A stretch of DNA of 64,000 bases from Plasmodiophora brassicae (Eukaryota): positions 1,178,001-1,242,000 of the forward strand of contig CP145413.1 in assembly GCA_036867785.1 (NCBI GenBank), given 5' to 3'. The notes beneath the pieces were generated by a model. It did no database searches, was not told the origin of the DNA, and saw only the letters and a program-made list of their open reading frames with translations. A program made the position numbers and the translations under genes. Positions 45,422 to 58,500 of this stretch are shown piece by piece. Positions within the stretch are counted from its first letter, which is position 1. Every line of letters begins with the position of its first letter.

Positions 45422-46985
45422 TTAACTTAGAAGGGGCGACGATCGATAGGGCCTCATTGGTCGCGAGAGTCGGTAGATGAGGCCGTCGATCATTGTTGAC
45501 ACGGCAAACACGCCGCCGATAATGGCAAACGTGCTGGTGAAATATTCGACAATTGACGTTCGCCGATCGTCAATGGCGACCATGAACGGAGAGAACTTGT
45601 ACTGCACGGGGTGTCAGTTTCAGCATGCCACACGTACCATGTACAGCATCATCTGACCTGAAAGAAAACGCCAGGCATTCCTGAGACGCTTGCGGAACCG
45701 GTGAAGTCCAACCGCTTGAAGTAATCATTCACGGACACCTGATTCGTGTGCAATTGCCTGCCGAGCATACTCTTGAACGTCGTCGGCGTCAACTCAATGT
45801 GGTACTGAAACAGGCCGGACACGATTGCGTCGGCTACGAAACGATTAAGGAGGACGCGCCTCGGGATAGGTGGGAACTCACGATTAGACGACGGTTCAAT
45901 TGTACGGGTCCATCCATTCAGCGGGCTCTCTGGCTGCCCAGAGTAACGGGGACCAAACGACATGGCATGGATGGTATGAGAGGTATTGAAGTGGGGCAGA
46001 TCACCTAGAGCGATATCAGCGAGCGACTACGCAGACCGCATGCCCCGAACTCATTCTGAAGTTGTGAACATGATGTCCTACGGTACCAAGTTAGCCGGAC
46101 CCGTAAAAAGGAAATGCAACGACGCAAACAGACCTTGCGACTTATGTGACCGACCAACGGCAACGTGAAAGTTGCCCTCGACCTTGTTGACGATCAACGT
46201 CCCCCGAACAATGCATCCCTCATGGCCTGCACGTTGCTCGGCAATGCGATGGTCAGTGCCGACCAGGGACATCAGCCCGATCCCAGGCATTTGAATATCT
46301 ACGCAGACGTATCAGGACAGGCCAGAGGCAGACGATGGCCGCGCCAGCTCGTACACAGCTTTGGCGAAAGGTCCTTGTCAATGAACTCCCGCCCGATCGC
46401 ATTCCCAAACATGTCTAGACGTGTCTTCCATATGCTTTGCACGACATTGACCTGCTGCTCGCCAGTAACGTCCATCGTGTCAACGTGGACGTCGGCGCAG
46501 CAGATCGCCGGAAACGTGATGTGGAAATAGATCTCGGTCATCTGCGATCGCGACGTGTCAACCTGGGAGGCGTCACGATCGCGTTAGGTGGCGTATGGAA
46601 ACACTGCCCTGTCGTTCATACTTTCAAATGTTCGTATCGGTTGGAGAACAGGAACCGAGATGTTTCCGAAACGAAAAGGACGAACATCAGGAAGTAGCAT
46701 ACGACGGAGACTATTCCAGGTCAGTCAGCAGTGTCGACAAACGCGCGAAACAAAACGCCCCTCCCTACCGATGCCGCCAGCAGTCGTCCTGAACGCGACA
46801 TCGTCCAGCTGGGTCGAATCGATCTTCCCGAACATATCGGCGGTCTGGACGCGCGACGCCCAGGACGGCGCCCGACGCGTCGGCGACCCGCGCCCGTCAT
46901 CATCGCCCCTGTCGGCATTGTTCCGCCGCCGCACCCTCCCGCCAGCGTTCCCGTCGTCGATCAGGACCTGGTCCTCATCACCCAT
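45422..46985 (-). CDS. ER-Golgi intermediate compartment protein (ERGIC3/Erv46 family), multi-exon
   Basis: RTTAGGI, IYFHITFPAICC..VHVDTMDVTGE, EGCIVRGTLIVNKVEGNFHV, SFGP, PLNG, PGVFFQY, TFAIIGGVFAV. Confidence 0.88.
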
Positions 46986-47207
46986 CTTGCGTTATGACTG
47001 CCCCCGGCCCGATCAGTGCCGTGGCCGTCGGCGTCGCCCGACCCTCCCCAAACCCCCCAAAAAATCAGCTGCTCAACGGGTCCAGAAGGAGCGGGACATG
47101 CGAACATCAGCGCTCTCTCACTGCGGATGCCCTTGTGGCCGCCCGTGCCGTGGCCACGAGCGCTCCAGCGTCGCAGTAGCACGTGTGCTGCAGCAGGAAA
47201 CAGCACA

Positions 47208-49256
47208 TCAGTGTGTGACGTTGTATTTGTAGCCAACGTTGCGTTTGAATCCGAGCCTGGCCGCTAGCTGGTCCGCTTGGGGCGGGCCGCGCGATCCGAA
47301 CCGATACGGGATCGGCGGGATGCGGTCCCGTTCCAGGCGGGCCAGCGTAGGCGTGAAGATCGACCACGCTGCCAGTAATTCGTCGTCGCGAACGAACAGG
47401 CTGCGGTCGCCGCGAACGACATCGAGCTGTTACAATACACTAAGACGCATGCCTGCCAAACGATGCCCCAGGTCCTACAATCAGTCGTTCGTAGGCGTCG
47501 GGCAGGCCGGCCCGTATATGGTCCTGAGCACATTGTCGTCAGCTGTACCGAAAACCCTTTGAAACGTCCACCGAGCGAGCTCACGAATCGCTTCTTGTAC
47601 GTCAAATCCAGCTCGGTGTGGTGGAGTTTCTCGAACGTCAACCCTGGCTCCTTCGTGTTCATCTTCATGTAAATCGCCTCGTCTGGCTGGACGCGAACGA
47701 CGAGCTCGTTCGGGGCAGCCTCCATATGGTGATATAGGTCACCGGGCGGCTTACGGAATTGGATCCTGATTTCAGTCTTGTTCGCATCCAGGGCTTTTCC
47801 ACATCTACCACGCGAGCATGATTAGATATCCTGCTGAGACGTCATCTGCGTGAAACGACGTACTTCAGAATGAAAGGAACGCCGTCCCAGCGGTTGTTCT
47901 TGATGAACACCACCGCCATTGCGTACGTGGGGGTTAGCGATTCGGGTGGCACACCCGGGTCGTCCAAATAGCCTGGTGTTCCTCCATGACCGGTATACTG
48001 TCCGACGACAAGGTTGTCCAACGTTACTGGAGCGATGCAACGCAGAACTTTGACCTGTCATACGCTCAGCTGTAGCCCCAATAATAATTACTGAGCGAAC
48101 GACGGCAGCCCACCTTCTCGTTGCGGACGTCTTCGGCGTTTAACGACACAGGCTGTTCCATTGCCACCAGCGAGAGAATCTGTGTCAGGTGGTTTTGCAT
48201 GACTGAAACCGTTTGTCAGTCGCTCCGTGTTTACATGGGCCGAAAACGGTCTGGTTACGGACCGTCACGAATTATGCCGAACTTGTCGAAATATCCACCG
48301 CGTCCAGCCGTCCCAATGTTCTCTTTGAATGTGATCATGACGAGCTCGATATGATCCCTGTTCCAAACAGGCTCGAATATGGAGTTCGCAAACCGCAACG
48401 TTGATAGGTTCTGGACCATCTCCTTCCCTGAAGGGAGAGTCAAGCGTCCGAGAGAATCGAAAATGACACCCGTGTGCATACCTAAGTAGTGGTCTATGCG
48501 AAACAGGTGCTCTTCAGTGAAGTACTGTCTCAGGGAGGCGCCCAACTTGGCCGCAGACGCAAAGTCGGACCCGAACGGTTTCTCCACGACGATACGATTC
48601 CAGCCCGTTGTGCTCATGCACGACAGGCGAATGTTGCGAGCACTGGTAACAAACACGTTTGGCGGGATCGCGAAGTAAAACAGGCGATTCGCATGTCTGA
48701 AGCCATGCTCCAGCTTCGAACAGAATTCAGAGAGCTCCGTGAACGCAGACGCATCGTCATAACTGCGAAGGATGTTAAAGATGACCCAGCGTAACGATGT
48801 ATGCTACGCGTACGATCCCCTCTGGTACGTGCACCGGGCGAGGAACTCTTGTTGGTCTGCTTCGGGCACTCTCTTGCTTGTGATATGGGACCGGAAATCT
48901 GCAGCAGAGATCGAAGTCCGAGCGTAACCGATAACGTCCACGTTGCTGGGGAGTAACTGGACGGCACAATAGTCATTCTCCGACACAATCTCGGATTGCA
49001 TCACGGTCGATACCTTTGCATTGTAGAGGGCGAGTAGCGCCGGGTACGTTTTCTTCTTGGCAAGATCGCCGCTGGCCCCAATGACGATAATCGACAGGTG
49101 CGCATCGTCACGCGGGGCGTCAGCCTCCTGGCCCGACCCGGCGGCCATGTCCGACCCCGTACCCTGGCTGTACAGGATCCTCTTCAGGTCATCGTTCTCG
49201 CGGCGCAGGCGCTCCAGCTCGCCGCGCAGGTCGCTGTCGTCACCGTCCCCGGCCAT
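47208..49256 (-). CDS. G6PD: Glucose-6-phosphate 1-dehydrogenase, multi-exon
   Basis: [66 protein letters not shown]; the exact 3' end is uncertain. Confidence 0.96.
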
Positions 49257-49509
49257 TGCAGTATGTGTGAAAGCACGCTCGGACGAGCTGCACGCTGACA
49301 CGTTTGACGCGCCGCTCGGTCGAACTGCACCCTCTGACTGCGTGGGCGCCTCTAGAATGCGCCCATAACCATCTTCCAGAACGTTCTCAACCCACCGAGA
49401 CGCAGGCGACAGACCGTATTGCAGACCGGTGTGGCGCACCGGTCTACCATGCCCTGTCACGAACCGTAGGCCGGTATACCTAAAATATAATTATGATTGT
49501 GTATAGTTT

Positions 49510-52500
49510 TCACGTGTCGACTGATGGCTTGATGACGGCGAGGATCTTGTCCTTCATGACATGGCGCGATGAGTATTCGGGAAGATCGAGCCGGAATTCG
49601 CGCGCGTAGACGGTGATATCGCAGGAGTCGGGATCGGCGCTGGCAGGCGTGCAGATGGATAGCCTGGCTGTCGGGTGATCTTGGATCACAGAGAAGGGAT
49701 ATGGAGAAATCAAGCTGAAGAACCTGAAGACAACGGCCCGTGTTTAGCGTAGTGTGTTAACCTCATCGCATAGCAACCGTACCCTTTCTTGTTCTCCGGT
49801 GATAGCTTCTTGAATACAGACCAAAACAACGATACGTGACGAGTGGATTCGGAACAGCCGTCGTATGCTGCCCGCGATTCAAGCAGGTCGACGTCAATGT
49901 GCGCAGGTCCACAAACCTAAGGGCCAGAGTGAGAAGGGAGACGGAAGACCTGTTTCGTCTGAGAATACCGTCTGTTGAAACTGAAGCCAGGTGAACACTT
50001 GCATGACGCCTAGCGGCACTATCGACCCAAGGCCGTCCCGGATAGCCTGAATTTGTTTCTCACCACCAGACGACGGAGGTTGGTCGACACGAGTGAGGTC
50101 CTGCCACAAGCATGGAGGGAACCTGAAATTCATGGTGTGCCCGGTGCGAATCGACATGCCCATGAGCATTCCCTGCAGCCGGACCCCTTGAGCCAGACAC
50201 GACGCAGGCAACGCGAGCGGTCAAACCAGAAAATTGAACATGGCCAAATGGTGTTGTTCGGTTGCAGAGCGGCAAGGAACAAGGCAGTCTGACGCAGGTG
50301 GCCTCCAGCAATTATCCGCCGTGTCTGCCCAACGTTTATCACAAAAGCGCCTGGCAGACGAACTAGACCTTACCTGGTTCGAACAGCGACAGCAGAGGCG
50401 ACTTCAGTTCGTTGCAGATACGGTCGAGAACAATCCTGTACAAGCGTTCTTGATTATCCCGCCCGCATTCGTCGACGACGCACGACCACGCTCGTGAACC
50501 GCGCGCAACATGGAACGCCTGGCGTAACGATCAGGATGCTCAAGATCGCTTACCAAATTGATTACGAAGGTGTACCTTCGCGTCCTTGCTATATAGTGCA
50601 TGGAACAGCTGCAGAAAAACGGATTGGGACCGTTTCTTGAACTCAGCTGCCAATTCTAAGCGGACTTCAGGTACGGCGCTGGTAGGTGTTACTGACGACT
50701 GCAAGGCAGTAGATAGCAACTACACACAACAAGGTATCAGGGTGACGAACACAATGGTAATCTGTAGGGAGACAGTTACCTCATTCTTGACTGAGGCAAA
50801 GATCAGCTCTTTGCAGGAGATGATTGCGCGGACCATGGGAGATTTGCCACACATTTCGGTGAAGTCAACAACTGAACCAGGTTTATCGCAAGGTGAGTTG
50901 AATACGAAACAATATGCAATGATGCACTGACATGGGCAAGCTCCCAGCAAGGTCCTGTTGAAGCTGTGCAAAAGATGAACGCGGTGTCGTAGGTCGCTGA
51001 TGTCAACGCCGTTTAGCGATTGGAACACGGTAAAATCAAATGGGGACGGCTCAAAAGTCAGGCACTCAGCGTCAAGAGCGTCGTCTCCGATCGCAGAACC
51101 TGTGAAAAGTCGTTAAGAAAATGTGGCTGTTGCATAAGATAGGACCGGTACATCCTTACATTCGCGGTCTATGACAACGACGATATCGGAATCGATCTGG
51201 TAAGAAAAGGGACATACACGATGAGCCGCATCGACGTCATCCATCCAGTGCGGTCTTGAAGGATGACGAAATTTCATTGGCGAATGGTGAACAAACCAGT
51301 GCATGTGATATATCGACTGCAACAGTCCCGTAAACCACGGTGGTGGGGAGTCATCTGTAGGCGGCTTGGCGATACGGATTGCACAGACAGCCGTGCGCTT
51401 GCGACACATTGATACCGCCACTTTGACAGGGAACGCGACGTCTTCGAAGGTGGCAATCTGATGATCGTCATTTAAGACGAACGATACTGTTCCAGTATCT
51501 GCATTGGCATGCAGGGTGACGGAGTCTCCTTCTGCAACACGTGACGACGTTTGGAATGTCGGACGACTGTTGTTGGCATCATTACAAATTCCTATACCGC
51601 CTCCGGCAATGTATCCCCAGCCGCCTGTTCCAAATGAGCGCGGATATGAAACCTGAAGAAACATTCGCCACGCCTACCTTGAGACCCGCCGATTACAGAC
51701 TGTTCCACGTTGCATTTGAAGGCTTCGGGGACAAGGCCAATAATAAGGTCGGCTGACAGACGTCCATCCCCGAGTGGAACTCGGCACGGCTTGCAGAGCC
51801 GAACGATTTTGAATACGATTGTTTCACACCCATTGGACACGACGTGACTGGAACAGACTGTAATCCAGCGCTCTGGCCCAATCTTCACCAGCTTTCCATC
51901 ATTCCAAACTTTGACATCCGACAAGAAGCCGTCGGTCACCCAATGCAGATGTGATGACAAAGCCTGTGTCAGCAAACATTTGTTTAGGTCCAACGCTAAC
52001 TACATGGCAAGCGTTAGGTTGACCGGTCGGATTGGCTGGCACGGCCCGATCGGAGGGAGAATTGTGACTCGACATCCGACTGACGTCATGCAGACAGCCA
52101 GTTGCACAGAAGGCGACAAGTTCGTGAATGCCGTTCCGAAGGATTCTCCTGTCATTTCCCACTGTTATTGGGTATACTGAACCGCGGAGGTAAGCAGCCC
52201 CGACCATTTAGGGAGAAGTCGACAGTTGATGAATCACAGTTCAAGTTAACCGTAACGATGTCCCCAGCGGTCGTAGGCTTTCCGTAGTTTTGGCTCATAC
52301 CCTGATGGTACTTGAAGCCAGTCCCGCATATATAGCCCCAACCGCCTTTTGTGCCTCCAATACAACGAGACCCGGATTGGTTGATCTGCGACTAGACATC
52401 GGTATTGATGCAACAGCCATGCATTGCGGGGACGTTCACCTTAAATGTTGGAGGGACTACACCGACGACGATTTTCCATCCATTTGTAGACGGCGGATCC

Positions 52501-55500
52501 ACGTCGATTCTCACATGCAACTGACATGTACCGCTTCGGAAGACTTGCTTGGACTTCACCACACGCCAATTGCAAGATGCACCCGTCTATTGATAGACGG
52601 TCAAGCGAAATGGGTTTTAAAGACGCTCGTATTACCTTCGTAGCTGAAAGAAATTCGTCTGCCGATTCGCCTGCGAGCTCAATGTCAGCAAGGTCAGCGT
52701 TCGACCATGACGCGAATGATGAAGGTTCTGTTTCAGAATCGCTTTCCGATTCATATGATAAGACTCCTAAAGAGCCTGTATCGAACGTGTCAGCGTCAAA
52801 GACTGCTATGCAAGACGGTCAGAGCATACAGTTGTTTGCAAGGTCGGCCGAGATGCACCGCTTTGAAGAAGCGCGTGCAGCGTCATACAAGTTCTCCACT
52901 GGATAAACGTTTGTCTCACAGCCTTGTCCAGAACCTAATCACGTGAGTGAGCCCAAAGGAGACCTATCGAAGAGATCAAACTGACCTCCTCGGGTCGAGG
53001 ACTGATAGCAATAGACTGCCAGGTTGTACTCCACCAAAGCCATTAGCAACGGTGAGGGACTAAGGCTTTTACTTGTGTGGCCGTTCTTGATACTGTCCAT
53101 CAAGTGAACGGAAGAAGTGTCAGGCTCATTAATAACGCCTATCTCTACAAGACGAGAGAGAAGGCGGATCAGACGAATTCTGTTTGGTGCTGACGTCGTC
53201 GCAATGCAATGGAAAATCATGTTGATAATCTGTGGCAACAAATGAATTGGTAACGACGTTTTCGATGGTGGCAAGCTTGAAAGACCTGGTTTCCAAAAAT
53301 GTGTCCCCGAGCAATAGCTGTAAGATGAGGATGGCGCATCACAACGCCAATCAGACTGGACATTAGTGAGATTAATTGCTGGAGGAAAACATCGCTCCGT
53401 GGCCAAGGCTCGGTACACGCCTGGTAGCATAGGAACAAGATTTCCTGCACCTAAGATGCAGTTAGAAGATGGCACTGTCATTAGAATCAAGACGAAGCTT
53501 ACCAAAGAATGGGATACGGGCAACAACCCAGGTTGTACGTCGCTACCACATGACCACTCTGCAGTCACCAGGCTTCGTATGAATTTGTCAACAACAGCGG
53601 GCCCTTCCTCAACAGTCGATGCAAGTTCAAGAAAGGCACCGAACGAGTGGGATCCGCCAAGGTCGGACAGTGTCAAGCTAGTTGACCAAGACGTTGCGTT
53701 CTGCGTCATCGACATAATGCAACGAAGGGCATAGTAAGAGGTAAGGCGAGTAGTTGCTGAGATAATGTCAACTAAAGAAGCCTGCGACAGGTCGCTACTC
53801 TCAGAGTCCACAGAACAGGGTTGGAACCCGGAAGCTACAGACGCCTTAACAGACAATGGCATGGCATTGTTTGATGGCGGATTATCGCACCCAATGATCT
53901 GGGCCCAAACTCGAGGCTGAAGCTGGCGACCAACATGCACCTGCAAACCGAGCAACCGTTCTATTGAGGATCGAACAGAGTCGCCGGTCTGAAATAGAGC
54001 TGTCATGCACATTTCGACAGGGTACCCAATATGTGCCAAGTGCTGAGCAGAGCGACGCCGTTCTTCGGTTGCATCATCTGCTAGAAGCGTGCAGCGATTG
54101 TTGATGATCCAGTCAGAGGCACGTCTGCGATTCAGGTCGCAGGCTTGAAGGGCTCGAAGGCACCAGTGAGATGGGTAACCCATGAGAAGAAGCGATGACG
54201 CTATCGTTTTGAGAGATCGTCCATCGGTCAGAGGACCTTTAGCGAATGAGGACAATTCACGAACTGATGACAGAGGAAGTGCATAATCGCGAACCTGCAG
54301 GCCGGCAAACCCAACAGGGACTGAACAGAATTCGGGAGACGGATCAGCAAAGAGCGAGAAGAAATGCTGGATGGCCATGTCCGCGATAGGAATTTGGTGC
54401 TCTGAAGCCCGAAGTACGACGTGCCCATCAACGTGAATGATGACATCGTTTCTGATATCCAGGTCGACGACAATGACTATTCTAGAACCTTTACCAGGCG
54501 TTAAACGTCTTCCGGTGCCGAAGCTGTTCTTGAAGCCAAACTGTCCGTTTGAATTCACAAAGATGTCTGCAGGTCCGGAACCCTCTGATGACGATCGGAA
54601 GATTGCTTGTTTCGAATTTGGCATTGTTGGGAGAAGGATGTCAAGAATAACCGAGTATTGAGTGAGCCGTTGCATTCCATCTTCTGATGCAAGCCCGACT
54701 GCCTGGGGAATTTTCAAATGTTGACCTGACCAAAGCATAGCAACGTGCCGTATCTGCAAATTGGATACGTTAGAGCGTAATAAGGTTACAACTGCCAAGG
54801 ACTTACTTCAAATGCATCTTTGCGTTTGATACCAATATTGCGTAGATTCCAGGCAGGCTCGGATGGAACAACTTGAATTTGAGGATTCAGGTTACCACCT
54901 TTGATACCAAACAGCTTCGTGTGTTGGGAATGTTTTGCGTCATCTTTAAGGTCGCCTTCAACAAATGATAGACCGCTTCCGAATAGATTCGCGACGTGGT
55001 CTTCGGACAGTGCAAAGTCCCAGTACGCGAGATCGCGGATATCACCTTCGAGAAGTGTACTAGCGGCGACGTTCGTAGGCCAGATATCGTCAAGGGATGT
55101 AATTGTATCCACCTGAAAACGCGTAAATGCAACGTCCATGAGAACGATCACTGCCAAATGTTTACCTTAATGCAGCGAATACCGTCTACATATACAGACA
55201 TTTGACGACCGGAAACGATAATGCAGAGGCAATGCCACTCGCAGCAACTGATGGCATTGGAAGCACAGAACGCATGCTCGTGCGATTCGTTGTTGTCAAT
55301 AACGATGTTCAAGCTAAGCTTGCAACTGTCATGGGCACCATCTGCAAGGGAGACGTACACATCAAAGAGACGGGGCCCGTCGCAATACAGCTGGAGAAGC
55401 TTTGCAGTACCAAATGATTCCAGTGTCGGGCAGAAACTCACTGCGACTGTCAGAGAGCGCGGCGCACTCGTGTTTGACCATGACAATGGGAAACAGACTC

Positions 55501-58500
55501 TGACGTCACGTCGAACTCGAAACGGGGACTGCTCTGTCTTCAGCACCTTCCCAGCGCCAGGGGATTCATAAACCTGGATTGTACCAGCACAAACGCCGCA
55601 TAAATCGGCAACACGATCATTGACAACTTCGACATTATGTCCGACGAGGAAACAGCTTCTCGGATACGGCGGAAGTGGTGAAAACGCGCTGTTGTTGCCG
55701 CCAAAGACATATGGATGAGAAGGGCAGTGAGGAAACCGCGATGATGAAATAAGGAAATTGCATTTCTGACCGCAGGCGACAGTTTGAAATATGTATCTGC
55801 CAGCACAGGACTGGATACGTTTGGGGGTTGTTCGGAGAGCATTGTCCTCGTGGCCAAGATGACTGCCAGCGCTGCCCCACGTCCAAACCTCGCCTTTCTC
55901 GGTAACGGCACATGTGTGGTCCTGACTGCCGTCCACCGAGACCACACGCTCACTTTCGAGTTCGTGTGCAATTCGATACGGAAGAAACTCATGCTGGGAG
56001 TTCTGTCCATTGCCTAAGGAGCCCGCATTGTTCCCACCCCAGCAGTAGACGCGACCGCGTTTGGATAAAGCAATGGAATGGTCCCAGCCACATGCAATCT
56101 GAACGATGACCTCCTTGGCAAGAGCCTCAATGAGCTTTGGAATGAGCTGTTTTTCGTTCGTGCCATGACCGCAAACAGGTCTCCGGAGCTCGTAACCACC
56201 GCCCCAACTAAATACCCGACCGTCGTTGAAAAGGCACAAAGAATGATCCCATCCACCAGTGATTTGCACAATGCGCGACATTGTAACAGGCAGCGTTACA
56301 GGAACTGGACATTTCTGCATGGTGGTTGACCCAATGCCCAGTTGACCACACTATAAACCGACATGAATGCTAAATTTAATACGTGCAAGCAACATTAATG
56401 ATACAGTTACCTGATTCTTTCCCCAGGCAAACAGGTCACCCGTCGACGCGACAGCAAATGCATGATAACCACCAGCTCCAATTAAATCGATATGAACCTT
56501 GTCTAACCCGCCTGCCGTGACAGCAACAGGGGTTCGGCGGTCGGTTACCGCACCGTCCCCGATTTGCCCAGTATTTCCTTGGCCCCAAGCCCATACTTTC
56601 CCGGAAACATCGAGGGCCAAAGAGAAGGCGTTACCAGCAGCGACTTGGACAATTTGCATCGACGTCAATGTCTCAACGACCCTGGGTTGCCTCTGTAGCA
56701 CAGCGTCGCCATGACCAAGACGTCCATGGTCCCCATTGCCAAAGGTCATTACTTTTCCGTCAACAGTGAGAACAATACAATGAGACCCAAATGCGGAGAC
56801 TTGGCGAATAGTGACTTTCGATATCGATGGAATAAGAGTAGGAGTAGATAAGGATGCCGTCGAATTCTGGCCAAGACGCCCAGAATCACCTTTGCCGAAG
56901 GAAAACATAAACCAAGGATCACAGCCATTTGTGCTTCCCATAACAGCTTGTCGGTTGTGCCCTTGTGATTCCCTTGAAAGCGGATCATTGCCATTAGCGC
57001 GAATCACAGGCACAGAAGGAGTTGTTGAAGTAGAATCCGACTTCACGACCGGGACCGACACGATAGTTCCATCAGCATCACGAAGCCAGCCGTATAGCTC
57101 GATGCCACCAAGAGCCAAACGCCAAGACCCGCTCGAATTAGGCCCAGTCATTGTTACCCGGAAGCACTGGAAAAACTCGGTAGACTCGACAATGAAGTTT
57201 GCCTCAGAGTTCTTCTCTTTAAGCGAAAGGTCGTCGGTGAAGGAGCGAATGCACACCCATTGTTGGTTATATGCAGCGCTTTCCGCAATAGCATCATCTG
57301 CTGCGCCTGGGACGCTGGGTGGAGCAGATCCCGTGTGCGGTCTCTGTCCCTCAAGTTTCCATGATCGAAGTGCAAGCTGGTCTGATTCCCTCCAATGTTT
57401 GAGAGTAAATGAGCTTAAACGAGCAGCCCTTGAAAGAAAATCGATGCAGATACGTTCATACGGAATAGATTCCGTGCAGAAAGATGCACCCTCGCAAGAC
57501 AATTCCGATAACGAACCGAGAAGAGAAGCCACAGGTGCCGACGAGGGAGCAACTGATGTCGATGACAATTTGACTTCATTAAGATGGTGGGGATTAGTCC
57601 AAGGCATTGTACCGTATCGGGTTCCTAGACAATGGAGAATCCCAAAACTGCCCCGAAAAGTTGCACTGATCTCGTTGTCAGACGACGTTTCGTGAACGAT
57701 ATGATCCATGGAAGGACTAAATCTGATGGGGGTTCGGATTATCCCAGCCCTCCGTTTGGAAGACATTGATGATCTCTTAAATACGGCAGTTGGGAGAGGC
57801 CCTGGTGTCGATCTGGACTGAGTTGCTGATCTGACGCTCAAGGCGCACGGTTCACTGGAGTGGAATGTCTGCCGCGACGGTGTTATGTTTTCGTGCGCGA
57901 CAGGGGCATCAAGACTGCTATGTGGCCGAAGCAACTCCGAGATTCTAGACACAACTCGTCGTTCGTATTCGCGAGAAGGCATTGCATGCTTGCAACCTGT
58001 TAGGTCTTCGGGAACAGCAACTGTCATAAGCTTTTGAAGCACTTTCTTTTCTGAAGCAACCTTAGACCACGAGTCGGCGGCTAGCAGATTGGAAAGGCCG
58101 AGGAGAGCCTGACAGCGCAAGGTTTCCAACAAAAGAGACGCATCACGTGGGCCAGGTGATGAACTCCTTTGCGAGCATTGCATAATTCCCGTAAACTTGA
58201 AGAGTTCTTCAAGAATTGCACCAGCAAATGGAAGAAGAGATAGGTGAGGCAGAGGAACGTTATCGATTGCTCTCAAGGACGATACACTTTGAAAGACAGC
58301 AAACGATTTCGTTGCTCCAGAGTCCGTTGTGACAATAATGGTCCCATCACTCTCCACAGCAACGACAGTCCCTACCGCTACAAGTCAGCACGCGGCGGTT
58401 ACCAGGACAACTGACACCTTACCAAGCAATGGGATTTCACGACCGTCCAGAATTTCGCAACGACACCCTTCGTATAACGGGCGGCTTAATCTGCCTCCAA

